DNA of 64,000 bases, from positions 31,620,001 through 31,684,000 of the forward strand of contig OX597837.1 of assembly GCA_951406725.2 (NCBI GenBank), in the 5' to 3' direction. Position 1 is the first letter of the stretch, and each line of letters opens with the position of its first letter. The position numbers and the translations under genes were made by a program. The notes beneath the pieces are model-generated. The model searched no databases, was not told where the DNA came from, and worked only from the letters and a program-made list of their open reading frames with translations. This document shows, piece by piece, positions 37,385 through 53,230 of this stretch. Source of the stretch: Octopus vulgaris. Its lineage: Eukaryota.

Positions 37385-38802
37385 TCTTGATAGATTTTTA
37401 TCTTCTCGGAGACGGTCTCTTCAGCTGTGTTGTGATGTGAGTGTTTTACAAGCAGCAATAAGGCATATTTATAAGAGTGGAACGTTGAATCGATAGGCTA
37501 ATTTATTCATTGAAATATCTTTGAATGAAAGACTTGCACAAAAAGAGTGTAACATATGTCACAAGGTCTTTTTCATAATCTATATGGAGGCTTTGAATTT
37601 CATTTCTCTTCATTATCGAAAGTTGATTTTAATTACATTAATTAGATGTTATTGATTAATTATTTACAATAATAATTCTTTTAGCTGAAATAATTCTTTA
37701 CAAAATGTGACACATTAAATGAAATGTTAATTTGTTTCTAAATTATTCAAAATAAATGTTAAGGTTTCGAAATCAGAATGGGTGAAATATCTATATATGA
37801 TATTTATTAACTTTTATCAACTGACCAAGTATCAAGATTTTAATCTTGTTAATGAAAGATATTTCAATTTTATTTCAATATTTGTTTCCTCATAAAGTGA
37901 TATCTGTCATCGTTAATCTTTGAATAATAAATTCCTTTGCATATATAGGTATAAATCTTCATACAAGTTAATTAATTACCTTGATACTTTCTTTAAATAC
38001 ATTTTAAGAAATATCCATTTGTACCTATATGACAGATTCTAATTCTTGAAAATTTCCAATATAATCAGTAAAACGGATAAAGGAATATTTTTTTTCATAT
38101 AAATATTTCGAAGATATCATACAGGATTAACAGATAAACATTTATAATCCGTAACTTTGTTGATATAAAGAATAAAATTTAAAGACAAACTAATTCTTGT
38201 GGTCATTATTGAATCATGAAATTAGTTTAAATTTAGCTTATTTTTAATTCTACTTTTCGAGTTCAAAACTTCTCAATCTAATTACCAGTTTTTTCTTGCA
38301 AAAAATTACAGAGATAAGGAGAGTGATTTTGAAATATTTTACCTGTAATTATATAGATCTATACTGAAGTGTGAGCAGCCACTACATTTGAAATATTCAG
38401 AATTATAAGTCAATAGTAGTAGAGAGAAGAGAAAAGATAATGTTAAGGAGGAAACCTACGGGCCAGCTCCACAGAATCACAAACTTTGAGTGGTGTCCCT
38501 CAGGGCACAGTCTTAAGACCATTACTATTCATAGTATCCCTCTCATATATGCCCTGATTCACATAGCGAACCACTCTCACAATTTATGCACATGACTTAA
38601 AAGTTTCACAGGTTACAAAGAACGCTGAATAGGTCATGCACCTTGGGCTGAAGGCAATAATATGCCGTTTAATGAGTAAGAACTCTAAGATTTGCGCTAT
38701 TATCTGACAAAGTTCAATGCAATCCGGATAAAATATACTGGATCTAGAGGGATTACAGTTCTAGAATCACAAACGGTTTGTGATCTGGGTACTGATCTGG
38801 GC

Positions 38803-41242
38803 ACTGATACTCGAAGCGATAAGATTCGTTTCAGCTTCGCATGACTGTTTGGTACTAGGAGACTTCAACGCTCCCACGATCGATTGGCCCGCATCAATTT
38901 GTACAACATCTTCCCGGTTCGGCCAGGCCCTTCTTGACGTGGCTAAAGATTGTTTTCTATCGCAACATGTTGAATATCCGACAAGGCATCGGTCTGGGCA
39001 GCAGCCATCTATGCTGGATCTGGTATTCTCCCGCTATCCAACATCAGTGTCAGACGTATCTGTGTGCGCCCCTCTTGCCAAGAGTGATCATGCGGTCCTG
39101 AAGTTCGTCAGCACACAACTTTTTCTATGCCCACGACTACTTCGCTGCCACGTAGAGTCTTCTCTGCAATTAATCTTGAAATTCTAACCGAGGCTTCCGC
39201 GCTTCTGGACTGGCGATCCCTGATGACGTTGTCCTCAGTTGACGAACTATGGTCATCCCTCAAAGCATATGTAATCTGGTTGACTGACCAGGCAGTTCCC
39301 GTTGGGCTTCCCAAGAAGAAGAAACACAAGCCCTGGGTGACGAAGAAGGTTAAACGAGAACGTCGACTCAGAGATATTGCTTGGGCTGAATTAAAAAACT
39401 GGATTCGACTGCTGCTTTTGAGGTGTACAAAACTCAACGAGATCGAGCCGTGAAAATTGAAAAGGAAGAACGCTTCAGTTATGAATACAAAATCGCGGCA
39501 AATGCCAGTAGCAATCCAAAAACCTTCTTTGCCCATGTCCAACGGAATTCCCGCTTGAACAACCAGATTGCAACGTTGGTAGACTCAACAGGCGTATCGA
39601 TTGAGGACCCTTATCAACAGAGTCAATTATTTGCCGAGGCTTCTTCAACTATTTTCAAACAAGATGATGGTCGTGAACCCCTCCATTTGATAGATCGGTA
39701 CCTCCAATGCCTAGATTGGTCATCACGCGGGACGAAGTCAAACGTGTTATTCAATGCCTTGATGTCAACAAGGGTCACGGCCCTGACGGCATACACCCAC
39801 GGGTTATCAAAGCGTTGGCTCCGGTCATCTGCGAGCCCTTAACACGTCTATTCAATATGTCATTGGCGACGGGTGTTATACATGCGGACTGGAGAACAGC
39901 GATAATCTGCCCAATTTTCAAGAAAGGGAGCCGCGAAGACCCGCTTAACTACCGACCGGTTTCCCTTACATCAATAATCAGCAAGATGTTCGAAACCATC
40001 CTTAAGAAAAGTATGATGCTCCACCTCCAAAACACAGCCTCTATCTCTGATTCCCAACACGGCTTCGTGCCGAAGAGACCAGGCTTGACCAACTTACTGG
40101 TAATGGAAGAATTGGTGACGCGCATCCTCGATGATAGTGATGCTGTTGACATCGTTTTATTGGACTTTGCCAAAGCTTTTGACTCGGTAAACCACCGCCT
40201 ATTACTTGTCAAGCTTCAAGCATATACTTTCCATCCGGATATTGTACGATGGGTTGGTGCCTTCCTCTCAGATCGCTCCTTCCAAGTCCAAGTTAATGGT
40301 TCGCGGTCCGACGTCTCCAGTGCGAGCAGTGGCGTGCCTCAAGGTTCAGTGCTTGTGCCCTTATTGTTCTTAGTCTTCATAAATGACTTGCCCGACGACC
40401 TCACGCAACACACCCTTCTATTTGCCGACGATATCAAACTGGTCGCTCCTCGCGGTGATATAGAGGATCTTCGTCGATGCCTCCACCAAATTTGGAAGTG
40501 GTCTAACGAATGGGACCTGTGTCTGAACGTGTCAAAGTGCTGTCATCTGCCTGTTGGCTCTCCTCCTGCAGCTCAACTTGATTTCGAGCTGGGTCGTCTG
40601 CTGCTGGAGAGGACCGATCAGGTAAAGGACCTGGGTATCTTGGTGGATTCCTCCTTTTCGCCTTCGGCCCAGTGCGTCCATGTTGCCAACAAAGCACGCG
40701 GAATTCTGTTCTTGATTCGACGGTCATTCGGAATGCTCACAGCAGCCATATTCCTACAACTCTATGTCACGCTGGTGAGACCCATATTGGAGTACGGGAT
40801 TCAAGCCTCTTCTCCTTATCTCCTCAAAGACATACAGCATCTCGAAAGAGTCCAGAAGCTGGCTACCCGCATGGTTCATGGTCTCAAAAATTTGTCCTAT
40901 GAAGAAAGGCTGAGGACGCTCGACCTTTATTCTCTTGAAAAACGCCACCGCTGTGGTGATCTCATTCTCGCCCACAACATCATAAGCGGAAAGTGTAACC
41001 TCTCGAAAGAGCTGTTCTTCACTCCTGCTCCAGAGCGTCGGCTGCGGGGTCATTCCGAAAAGCTCTACCTGCGACGATTTCATCTCAATCGAAGGAGAGG
41101 AGCTTTCTCCGTCCGGGTTGCGGATCCGTGGAACAAGCTGCCAGACGAGATGGTGAAGATGCCGACGACCGCTTTGTTCAAAGCCTCCCTTGACCTCAAG
41201 TGGCCTAACTTTACATGAACAACTAACTTAACACCATGTCCC

Positions 41243-41286
<44 letters not shown>
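38803..41286 (+). mobile_element. CR1/L2-type LINE, unit 2 copy
   Basis: Same element as 9905-12372, with extra frameshifts (~39110, ~39680), VLGP changed to VLVP, and an intact short 3' UTR before the (TAAC)n tail. Confidence 0.92.
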
Positions 41287-41994
41287 GTTACGCATTCTTC
41301 CATATGCATATTATTAAGTAGGCAATGATAAGCGGGCAGTTGGCCGAATGGATTCTTATAACGTTTAGAGGAGAGCAGGAAATCATGATGGTCCTCTGGA
41401 GGACATTTTGTCTTAAGCTGTTTTGTTTGTTGCTTCCAAATATGGTCAATGCACATTGTAGAATTAACAGCGTACCTGGAAGCAGTCCAGCGAGACTACA
41501 CAAGGAAGATAGCCTCAATGGCGAAAACGAATTACTAGGAAAGACTGAAGTGGTTAAGACTAATCCCTGAAACGACGGTGGGAACGATATACTGCAATAT
41601 ACACCTGGATGATCCAGGAAGGACTTGTCCCAAACTGATAGTTATACAAACATTAGAATAGAGTGCCATTGCATAGTACCTAAAATCCCGCCTCTGTCGA
41701 CAAACTAGAGGATCAAATATTGAATAGGTTGGGATTCAAAGACACACACCTCATCAGTATCTTCCTAAAGGAACTGAGAGACCTTCATGTTGTGAATGTA
41801 TATGTCTTCAAAACTAACCTGGATCACCTACTGTCAAGAGCCCTAAATGAGCCAATTTAGGGGAATTGTTAGCAACAACAAACACCTTCATTTACTAAAT
41901 GTCAGCAGATAAAGAAGAATTAATAAAAGGTGTAGCAATACTAGTTAATGGTGGCCCATAACAGCCACAGACGTAGAGATGAAGGTAGGAAACT

Positions 41995-42059
<65 letters not shown>

Positions 42060-42079
42060 GTATGTGTGTGTGTATATAT

Positions 42080-42168
<89 letters not shown>

Positions 42169-42208
42169 AGATAGATAGATAATAGATGGGAAGATAAAGT
42201 AGATATAG

Positions 42209-42452
<244 letters not shown>

Positions 42453-42917
42453 TACAGTCTTTCAAATTATTGTAACATTGTTTTGTTTTATTTACAAATT
42501 ACGCGTTGGAATACAACGTAACATCCACAGAATGATAGCAAGAGTTTTATGCGTGTGGGGGCATAAAAACCTGAGACTTTGCTCTAGTGTAGACAAACCT
42601 CGACCATTTGCATGATGACCACTACGTGGACATCAAAGGAATACTGATGAGCTACGGACAATTACGCAAGTAATTTGCGTAAATGTTAATAGCGAAATTA
42701 GTTTATGATAAATCTATATTTTGTTTCTTTTCATTTGTCTTGCTCGCTTACATTCTGGCGTTTGTTAAACTTTCTTGAGAACATTCCTTTCTTAGTGGTA
42801 AGACCATAGCGGAACTACTTCTAGCATAATGGATGTCCACGTAGAGCTTATCTCTCTTATATGAATGTAATATATTTTTTCTGAATCTTCAGGTTTTCAT
42901 ATAGTTTAAATTCATAT

Positions 42918-42977
<60 letters not shown>

Positions 42978-43811
42978 TTGTGAGCTCGAATCCCGGACCG
43001 GGCTGCGTGTTGTGTTCTTGAGCAAGGCACTTTATTTCACGTTGCTCCAGTTCACTCAGCTGTAGAAATGAGTTGCGACGTCACTAGTGCCAAGCTGTAT
43101 CGACCTTTGTCTTTCCCTTGGATAACACTGGTGGCGTGGAGAGGAAGGCTGGTATGCATGGGCGACTGCTGGTCTTCCATAAACAACCTTGCCCGGACTT
43201 GTGTCTAGAAGGGTAATTTCTAGGTGCAATCCCATGGTCATTCATGACCGAAGGGGTCTTTACCTTTTATATATATATGTAAAAAAGAAGTTTGAAAGCG
43301 CCACTATATTAGATAAATTCTAATTTTCTTATGAATTTTACATGTTTCGGTTCTTGAAAAAACGAACCTTTTCAAAAATATTATAAAAAGTGCAATAGAA
43401 AAGTTCTTAGTTGTTTCTTACTGGTCTCAATAGAATCCGTGTGGTGGTGTTTTGTTGGTAGGTGGTATAATCGCTATATTATAGTTGCGGGGTTGCCACT
43501 ATTCCATTGGAACACAAGCACGGTTCCTTTTGATAACAGCAAGAAAGAATAATGAACTTCTTTACTACACGCAACTATAATATAGCGATTATACCAACTA
43601 CCGACAAAACACCACCACACGGATTCTATTGAGACCAGTAAGAAACAACTATGAACTTTTCTATTGCACTTTTTATATATTTTTGATAAGGTTCGTTTTT
43701 TCAAGAACCGAAACATGTAAAATTCATAAGAAAATTAAAATTTATCTAATATAGTGGCGTTTTCAAACTTCTTTTTTACAAATATATACCCACTCGTACA
43801 CGATCTCCTCT

Positions 43812-43880
<69 letters not shown>

Positions 43881-44104
43881 TACCTATTTAATAAATGCGC
43901 CCTTTTCCCGACTAACCAGTTTCATGGGCCCGGTTTCTCGGTTTCAATGGCGTATGTGTTCCCCAGCTGGATGACCAGCGATGTGTAGCAAAATCTGATA
44001 GCCTGGACGGTCACGGTGATCACGGTTATCACGGTGATATTCATGTATATATATGTATACGTATATATGTGTATATATATATATGTGTGTGTATGTATGT
44101 ATAT

Positions 44105-44156
<52 letters not shown>

Positions 44157-44823
44157 TATATACATACATGTATATATACTTATATATATACATATATATG
44201 TATGTATATTTATCTAAAGGTTGGGCCAAACATCCCGCACGAAAACATTTGCCGTTATATTTATATTACGTTATTATTACTGTTATTCATTTTGTTCATC
44301 TTGTTCGTGTGTATTCATTGTAGTTTTTACTTTATTCAACTTTAGAAAAATTGTAACATGTCTTTGAGCGTGACTTTTGACTCGCCTTTGAAATATATAC
44401 ACACATATACAGAAACACACACACACACACACAAACACATATGTATAGGTTTGAAAATATGTAGAAAACATATATAGAAGTGAAAGAGAAATGCCTTCGT
44501 TTCTCATGGTTTAATATCTTTTTATAAAGAAATTTTTTTAGAATATATGCATATCTTTTGGATGTAGTGATATCCAACCGGTTTTGCCATTTATATTAGC
44601 TTTTCAAGGGACGTGGGGATGTAATCAATTCTGGTGTCAAAGGGGTCTCACCATTTTGGATGCTTGAAAAATAAGAATGAGTCTGGAGTGTGGATCAAGG
44701 GAGGTGAGAGGAGGCAATGGGGACAGATACACAGACATGCAGGAAGTAAATAGACACATTTAATATTCAAAATCTCTGATCTAACCGTCTTAATACTTTT
44801 TCAGAGGTGTAGAATTTACAATG

Positions 44824-45655
44824 TAATTATTCGTTTTCATTCCAGGTGCCATTATATTAAACATTTGCGAAAATTTTCAAATTCCTCTTGTTAGTGTTAA
44901 TAGAGTTATAGTGCAATTCAAAAGTCAAGTAAAAGAATCAACAGATTCTCGTCCCGGCCGACCTGGGCCCTCGGAAAGGTAGCTTCGCTGCTTGCAGAGA
45001 AGTGTGGAAAACGAATCCAGATCGAACGCTCCTGACATTGCTAAACAGCTAGAAGTTAGTCCAAGAACGTGTGTTACATATCTGGATGAGCTTGAGTATT
45101 ATGGACGAGCAGCTAGAAGAAAACTTCTCCTTCAACCAATTAATATCATAAAAAGAAAGAAATGGGCTCTGGAGATGTCAGAAAAATCCAGTTCATTTTT
45201 GGATAGAGTGATTTTCTCAGATGAATCCATATTTGCATTATTCTCAGACAGTGAACGTGTTTGGGACAGGAGGCTTCCAAATCAAGAATTTGATTTGAAA
45301 CGACTCCAACCAACTGTGAAACACGGTGGTATCTCTGTAATGGTATGGGGAGCTGTTATCAGCAATGGTCGTTCTGAGCTGATCGAATGTGTTGGAACCA
45401 TAAACTCTGAAAAGTACATCGAAATGCTAAAGCAATGACAACTTCCGATGTATTCACACGATAACATAAGGAAAAAAGAGATTTTATTCATGGAAGATGG
45501 GGCTCTGTGATCACACAGCGAAAGGGTATCAACAATGTCTGACTGAAACTGGGATCAAAAAGGTTCCTTGACCAAGCCAATCTCCTGACATGAACCCAAT
45601 TGAAAATCTTTGGAGCATTCCTGATAGAGCTATACGAAAATCTCGACAGCGTAAA
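44824..45655 (+). mobile_element. Tc1-family transposase pseudogene, unit 2 copy
   Basis: Same motifs as 17560-18390, with an additional indel and stop. Confidence 0.85.
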
Positions 45656-46575
45656 AGCAAAATATTATCGTTTGTTGGTTTTTCATTCCCCTCCTCATCC
45701 CGGCACCACCAACACCACCCATTAAATTCAGTCAACCAGATCAATCATTAATGGCATTGAAGTCATGGCCATCTTACACTTTTGCCTAGTTAGGTCTCCA
45801 AAGTTGTTCCTTCCAAAAAGTAGTTATATGTGGAATGAGAATGATTTTGCTGCTATTATTGGCAGGTCAAGACACCACATACGCTAGTTGGTTAATTTAT
45901 TTGTGGATATTTTTTTTGCTTTCAGAAAAGTCTGTAATTCTTCACCAACATTGCCACTATTCTATAATCCTCGATTTTAGATTGAGAAAGTTTTGAGCTC
46001 CAATGGTCATTGCGCCTTTTCCAGAAATCGAAACCGTATCACAAAGTCGTCAAGTTGTATGATAGTATGCTTTCTTCAATTGTAGCACCTGTTAATTATA
46101 ATGAGGTAGGGAAAGAATTTATTTGGCTTTTGTTCTTAATTTCAAAACTTTATTCATTCATATCGATATTCATAGTTTACAAATTGAAAGGAATTCTAAA
46201 AACAAAATCTATATTACTAGTATTAATTGAGGTGTAAAAGTACGACAGATGTTTATAAAGTAAAGCTAACGGTATTGGGACTTTAATTGTGAACATTGAG
46301 TTATGGGTAATTAACATATTTACATATTTATTTACACAAAAGCTAAAAAATATCTTGAAAGTGCTCTATTGAAATATTTGAATGAAATTTAATTAATGTT
46401 CAAACAATATCGCAATGAATGGTAAAACATATGTTGTGTAGCAATCAATAACGTATTTAATATTAATTAGGTATATGTACCTATAAATATAACGAGAGTT
46501 TTCACTATAAGTATTCAACGCCTTCCTGAACTACTGCTGAGACCGTCTGAAGTCACACTAAAACCATCTTTCAAC

Positions 46576-48722
46576 ATGTACAAGTTTATGCTTATTGCTG
46601 CCCTCTTTGTTGCCGGTGAGTCCAGATTTGAATAATATTTTGCTTTATATCTTTTATAGTTTATACTTGAAAACCGTTGCAATGCGCTTAGCAAGTCCCT
46701 AAATATATGACATAACTTGTTGTTGAATGATAGATTTATTGATTATAGAGAGATGAAAGTAGAGTTTGAGTTACATACACACGAGATATGCTGTGAGAAT
46801 GATAAGGCCTACATGAAGTGCAATAATTTGAAGAATCCTCATCCAAAACAATACCATTCAGGGGAATAAGACGGTCGAAATGTTAAACATTGTTCAATTG
46901 GAACCAATGACTACCCACTGTTCAGTTGATCTGAAAGTTGGGTTGTATTTGTAGAAATCGAAAACAGACGAAACATTGTAGATGACGACGAATTGTTAAT
47001 AGATAACATGTTCTTTGTTGATATTATTTCTTAAGGTCGATGTCTCTATTTACTATTACGCTGTGTATTATAAGGGGACAAATGAAAATGCTGACATGAG
47101 TCAAGACAATGGCATAAAAAGTAAAAGACCCTGAAATGGAGGCAGTCAAGGCAGAGAGTAAGACGCGAGAAACGAAAGATAGGCACCAACTTCCACCAAT
47201 TAACCCATTCATAAAATTATACTAAATTAAAAATGTGAGCGTTTGTGTGAGTGTCTGTCTTTCATCTTCCGATGTAATCTGTAATTCGATCAGCCACCAA
47301 TGAATAGAGAGCGTTTAATAGATTCCCACCCTACCCAGTAGATTTTGGATTATAAGCTACCTTCAATCGTTTCCTCTACATAAGTACAGATATACATAGG
47401 TTTAACAAGCCATGGATATTAGTGTATAAAATTATGCACTATCTTAATTTAATCTCTACACGTGCATTCCGTTATGTAACCCATTAATCCAAATATATAT
47501 TTTAATGTTTAATCTATCGATATATTGATCTTTCATTGGTGACTATACCAGATTGATATTTTAAGGTGTCAATAAGTCAATTTCATTTTTTTTCATCTTG
47601 CAATAGAGCTGATGTACATGTTAATGTGTGAGTATATTCAATACATGTTTAAACCTCTGTATATATAACGAATACTTTCCTAGTAATATCGTATAATTTA
47701 CTACAAATATATTATCACATAGATTTATATATTTGTAGGAATTAAAAAATCCCCAGAAATATTTACATTTCTAAATATTTAATCATTGTTTTCAGGTGCA
47801 TATGGCGAGTGTAATACAGACGTAGCCATCGGTTGTCTTGTTGGCAAAATTAACGAAGTAGCAACAAACCTTAACCGTTCTGATTTATGCAGGTAAGATG
47901 ATGAATTTCTTTCTGGAAGGAGTCTTTGATTCTTACCTTTGCTTTTGATCCTACCTCACATAATCTAACGTCTGCGGGCTTTATACTATTTGAAAAAGTG
48001 TGCCTTTCAACATTCGATTTGAAGTGTGTATGCGCGTATGTGTGTTTCTACGTATGCATACATACATACATACATACATACATACATACATACATACATA
48101 CATACATACATACATACATACATACATACATACATACATACATACATACATACATACATACATACATACATACGTTCTACATACATAAAAACATAAATAC
48201 ATGCATGGAATATATGTAACATACTAAGTACCATTCTTGAGAACATGGGCATCTCAAAACCAGAAAGGAGAAAGCTGATTCCAAAACTACAGTCCCAAGT
48301 CATCAATGGCACTGTCAATATCTGTAAAACGTTCCAGAGGTTTATCATTGAAGTATATATGTGCTTGTCTGGATATGCAAATACATGGATGAGAATACAT
48401 AACATAAAACAAAACATACACATTTACACACGTACTGACTCCAAATACTGCACATATACAGACATGCATGCAAAAATACCGTTTTGATGTTGTTGATGCT
48501 GCAATAAAAGAACTTTGGATTTAAGTTAGAAACCGGCTCTTTCTCTATTGGAAAGGATTCTTGAATTAAAACTGAATAATGACGTGCATACGTTCATAAA
48601 TACATACATACATATATACATACATACATATATACATACAGGTATACATACATACATACATACATACATACATACGTATACATACATACATACATACATA
48701 CATACATACATACATACATACA

Positions 48723-48756
<34 letters not shown>

Positions 48757-50035
48757 CAGATATACAGATATACATGTATATATGTATTTATAGATGTATG
48801 CATGTATATGTTTACGTATTATCCGTATCTGATTACTGTGTGTATATAAATAATTAGAGGAGATAATTTCAACATCAATCACCATCATTTCTTTGTGTTT
48901 TGGATTAGAAACATATTCTATTGGTTACACATAAACATTTTCGTAAATAATTTTAACGATGCGACCCTAGAGACAATTATCATTTGAGACAAACAAACAA
49001 CATTTAACATTCAATATCTCATTTACGCATTCTATTCGTATTTAGTACAATGTAGAAATAACCATGTTTATTGCGATTCTATTCCAGTGACTTGGCCAGC
49101 GTTGCTCATTGCATGACCGCAGCAGGCTGTGCAGGAGATGCAGGATTCTTGACCTCCATGTGCGGTATGTAATAGTTTAATATTCATCATCACACACACG
49201 TATACACACGTACAGAAGGACATACACACAATCACACACAGTGGCACGCACGTACACACACATACACACACCAGCTGGCACGCTTGCACACGCTTACGAA
49301 CTTTATATGTATATATTGCATCTGCTCTCTCTCTCCCTGCACCTGTTTCGCCGTCACCCGTCTCCAGATTCCCCTCACCTACCACCCCTCCACCCTTCCT
49401 CTCCAGCAATATTCTCCGGGTTTTCCCGTGACTCAAGTCCGACCCCTCCACTTCGCACATATTACCTAACCTCTCCTTCCCATCCTTCAGACGAGCACAC
49501 AACCTACGTGACTTCCTAGCCCACAGTTTCTTCCCTCACCCCACCTACCATCCCGGCTAGTTCCTCTACTCCCGCCTACGCTGCCGCACCTGCCTCTACC
49601 GCTCCAACACCACACTCATCACAGGTACCCATCATTGACCATTATCATATCATTGACTTCTACACCTGCACCTCTAGCAACGTTATCTACTGCATCACCA
49701 GCTCTCCCACTGTCCTTCTCTATACATCGTTCAAACGGGACGCCGCTTGGCTGACAGGTTCCCGGAACACCTCCGAGGGATCAGACACCTCGGCCTTGCG
49801 CTATTTCCGCTCTACCGGTCATTCTTTACAACCCCTATCTTTGTTCGGATCGTGCACCTCTCTTCTCTTGCTCTGACTTCCTTTCTTCAATTTGTTTATT
49901 TTCTCGTGATCCTTTCTGTTGAAGAGCGTAGGCTTGAAACGTAAAAGACTGTCTCACCTTCTCAAGCGTTAAACTAATACACATCTATGTTGTTTACACA
50001 CGCGTCTTCGTCCTTTGGCTTTTTGTAAATTCCAA

Positions 50036-50094
<59 letters not shown>

Positions 50095-50598
50095 ATGCAT
50101 ATATGCATGAATGTATGTACACATATACGACTGTGCGTATACAAATTTTCATTTATATTTCAGATGACACCAACTGCAATGTTAACGTCGGTACCGAATG
50201 TATTCTGAGATTGGGTGCTGGTTTGGGAATTTTGTCCAGCGGTGCTGCTGCGTAAGAATACTTTATTTATTTTGTTGTGTATTATAACTATCGTTTTCTT
50301 TTAATTTGCGTGTATATATTAAGACGCGTATGTGATTATGTGAGTGCTTGGATTAATGTCGTCGTGTGTTTGTGTGTGTGTGAGAGAGAAGGAGAGAGAA
50401 ATAGAAGGATGATAGAGATGAGAGTGATTCAAGTTTTTATCTAAGAGATACTCGTTTCAGGAAAAGCTCACTCGGCATAATACAAAATGCGGAGAAAAAC
50501 GAGGCGGGTTCAAAACCACAAAATGGATAATCCAGCAACACAATTCAGACATTCTGGAAAATGAGTGTAGATTTACTTTATATGTGTGTCACTGTTTA

Positions 50599-50640
<42 letters not shown>

Positions 50641-51161
50641 TGTGTGTTTGTGTGTGCTTGTGTTGTGTGTATGAGTGTATGTGTGTGTACTGATATGTTT
50701 GTCCAGTACAATTTAACGCCCAAATTGTTTAACAACCAGTTTTTAGACGACCATGTGTATATCGGTTCTTGTGTGGTAATTGTATACTTGTTATGAAATC
50801 CAGTATCATGTTTTACATAAATTATATGCAGACAACAAAAGAAATCTTGGGAAAGTATTTATAAGATATTAAGGTACAACATGATATGCAAGAGAGTCAA
50901 GACTATTGAAAAGGTTGCAAGATGCAACGAAAATTTTAGGAAAACAAAAATAAGGAACAAGTGGAAATTTTACCGGTGCGTGTGTTACATTATAGGGCAC
51001 GAAAATAAAAATGACTGTCTCCAGACACAACATCATATACACGTTCATTAACCTGCAGATTGGCAACATAAGATGAACTGCATAATCAACGTTTGCATGA
51101 GATCATAGGAGTCCCGTCTGATACGATTGAAACAAATAAAAGAATATACATACATACATAC

Positions 51162-51205
<44 letters not shown>

Positions 51206-51249
51206 GTGTGTGTGTGTGTGTGTATAATATATATATACGTGTATATATA

Positions 51250-51305
<56 letters not shown>

Positions 51306-51828
51306 TATATGCGTATATACGTAGGTTCGATATCGCTTTCAGCTATTTCCATTCATTTACGCGTCAACTTTACAAATTCTGCCGCTCATGATTATTAATC
51401 TGGAGGAATGATTATCTCACCCCTGCCGCCCCGCAAGAGATAATCGCACTAACTTTCCACGCGGGACATAAAGACGAAACACTTCTGTGAATCACCAATG
51501 ACTTTAGTAAAGAAACATGTCTATATCGTATAATTTAATGTTATTGCAATATCTCTTTCTATTGACAATAAGCTTACTGATTATCGCACTAAAGAATTCA
51601 TTTTATATCATTGAACTAATTGAAATAACGCAGTTCGATGATTGTTTGAGATTCTCGACATCAAAATGACTGTCTTAATTTTCGATTCATTTCAGCGGTG
51701 AAGCAGCTCTCGGAGCTTGCATTGGCGGTTCCCTGTGTATGGCCCCAGAGTTGGTTCCACTCAAAACCGGAAATGTTTGTGGTAAGTATTTCACAAAAAT
51801 ATATACTTTACGTTACTCATTACGACTG

Positions 51829-51905
<77 letters not shown>

Positions 51906-51911
51906 TTACGT

Positions 51912-51943
<32 letters not shown>

Positions 51944-52031
51944 AGGGAAAGTATCTGAGATGTGAAGTATTCGGTATAGGTTACAAATCTCATGTTTCTT
52001 TATTTCAGTACCTTTGGATGCGAAAGTTTAA
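46576..52031 (+). CDS. Gene A copy 2: secreted cysteine-rich protein, 136 aa
   Basis: Exons (+): 46576-46615, 47796-47892, 49088-49164, 50164-50251, 51696-51781, 52009-52031. Frame intact. A103E and S104A relative to copy 1. Confidence 0.88.
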
Positions 52032-53068
52032 AGAAATCTCTGTGGAATACTTGAACTGGACCTTCTGAATAACGACTCCTGACATTCTAATCTTTGAGAA
52101 ACGTTTCATTTCTTCTTAATAAACTCTTTCGCAAACTATACCACTGCCGTCTTTCCTCTTCTTTTTTGGTTTTTGTTTGATTTTATCTCCCATTCAAAAC
52201 ACATAAAAAATACGAAAATATATTCATTTATAAGGGATGTATATTCACAAAGTTTGCGTCGCAGCCCTTAAGTGTAGGGCTTCGTTACTTCTGCGAAGGA
52301 CATTGAACAAGCTTTTTCTATTTGCCTCACAACAAGACTCCACGAGCTTGGGAAGACGGTTTAGTTGAAGCATTTGGGCCAAGATGCAAAAGATACAATT
52401 GAAAGCGTTTTGTCCAGTGTGTTTAACAATCTGATAGTCTGCTCGGCTACATTGATATGTGTGTGTTCGTGTGTGTGTATGTGTGCGTGTGAGAGAGAGA
52501 CTGTCTATCTGTTTATGTGTCTGTGTGTGCGTGTGTTAGAGCCGGCTTGCGAGTGTGTGCGCGTGTATCTGCGTGTGGCTGTGTCTGTGTGTGCGCGATC
52601 TCGTGCTTGTATGTATGTTTGTGCTCTGGTGGTGTGTGTACGTGTGTATTGTGTCTTTTGTCTGCGTGCATATGCATTGTTACAGGAAGTTCCAATCGGT
52701 GCGTCGAACATAGATCCTTCTATTTACTTTTCATCAATTTTCACCGAGACCATCTTTGTTTTTCGATATTGTGTCGTTGATAAAATGAGTCGGAATTACA
52801 TTTAGTGCAATGGACATAATCGACTCTTCAACTCTTCAACTCAGTATCTTCGTCTGGTTACACTTCCATGTCTAGAAATAGAAAGTGAGATACGGTTTCT
52901 CCAATCACGACCATTTGTCAAGAATGGCCATTCCAAAATGACTTCTAATATTAATCCATATGAAATTAAACGATATATTTGAAACATGACAACAGGATAC
53001 GAACATTTGAACAAAATGCATTTATTTATATAGAAAGGTAAACATAAATTTTAAAGAAATTTTCACAA

Positions 53069-53230
53069 GGCGCAGGGGTGGCTGTGTGGTAAGTAGCTTG
53101 CTTGCCAACCACATGGTTCCTGGGTCAGTCTCACTGCCTGTCACCTTGGGAAAGTGTTTTCTAATATAGCCACGGGCCGACTAAAACCTTGTGAGTGGAT
53201 TTGGTAGACGGAAACGGAAAGAAGCCCGTT
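53069..53230 (+). mobile_element. tRNA-derived SINE fragment within a unit-2-only segment
   Basis: A-box-like head GGCGCAGGGGTGGCTGTGTGGTAAG followed by CORE-like CACCTTGGGAAAGTG. Confidence 0.65.
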
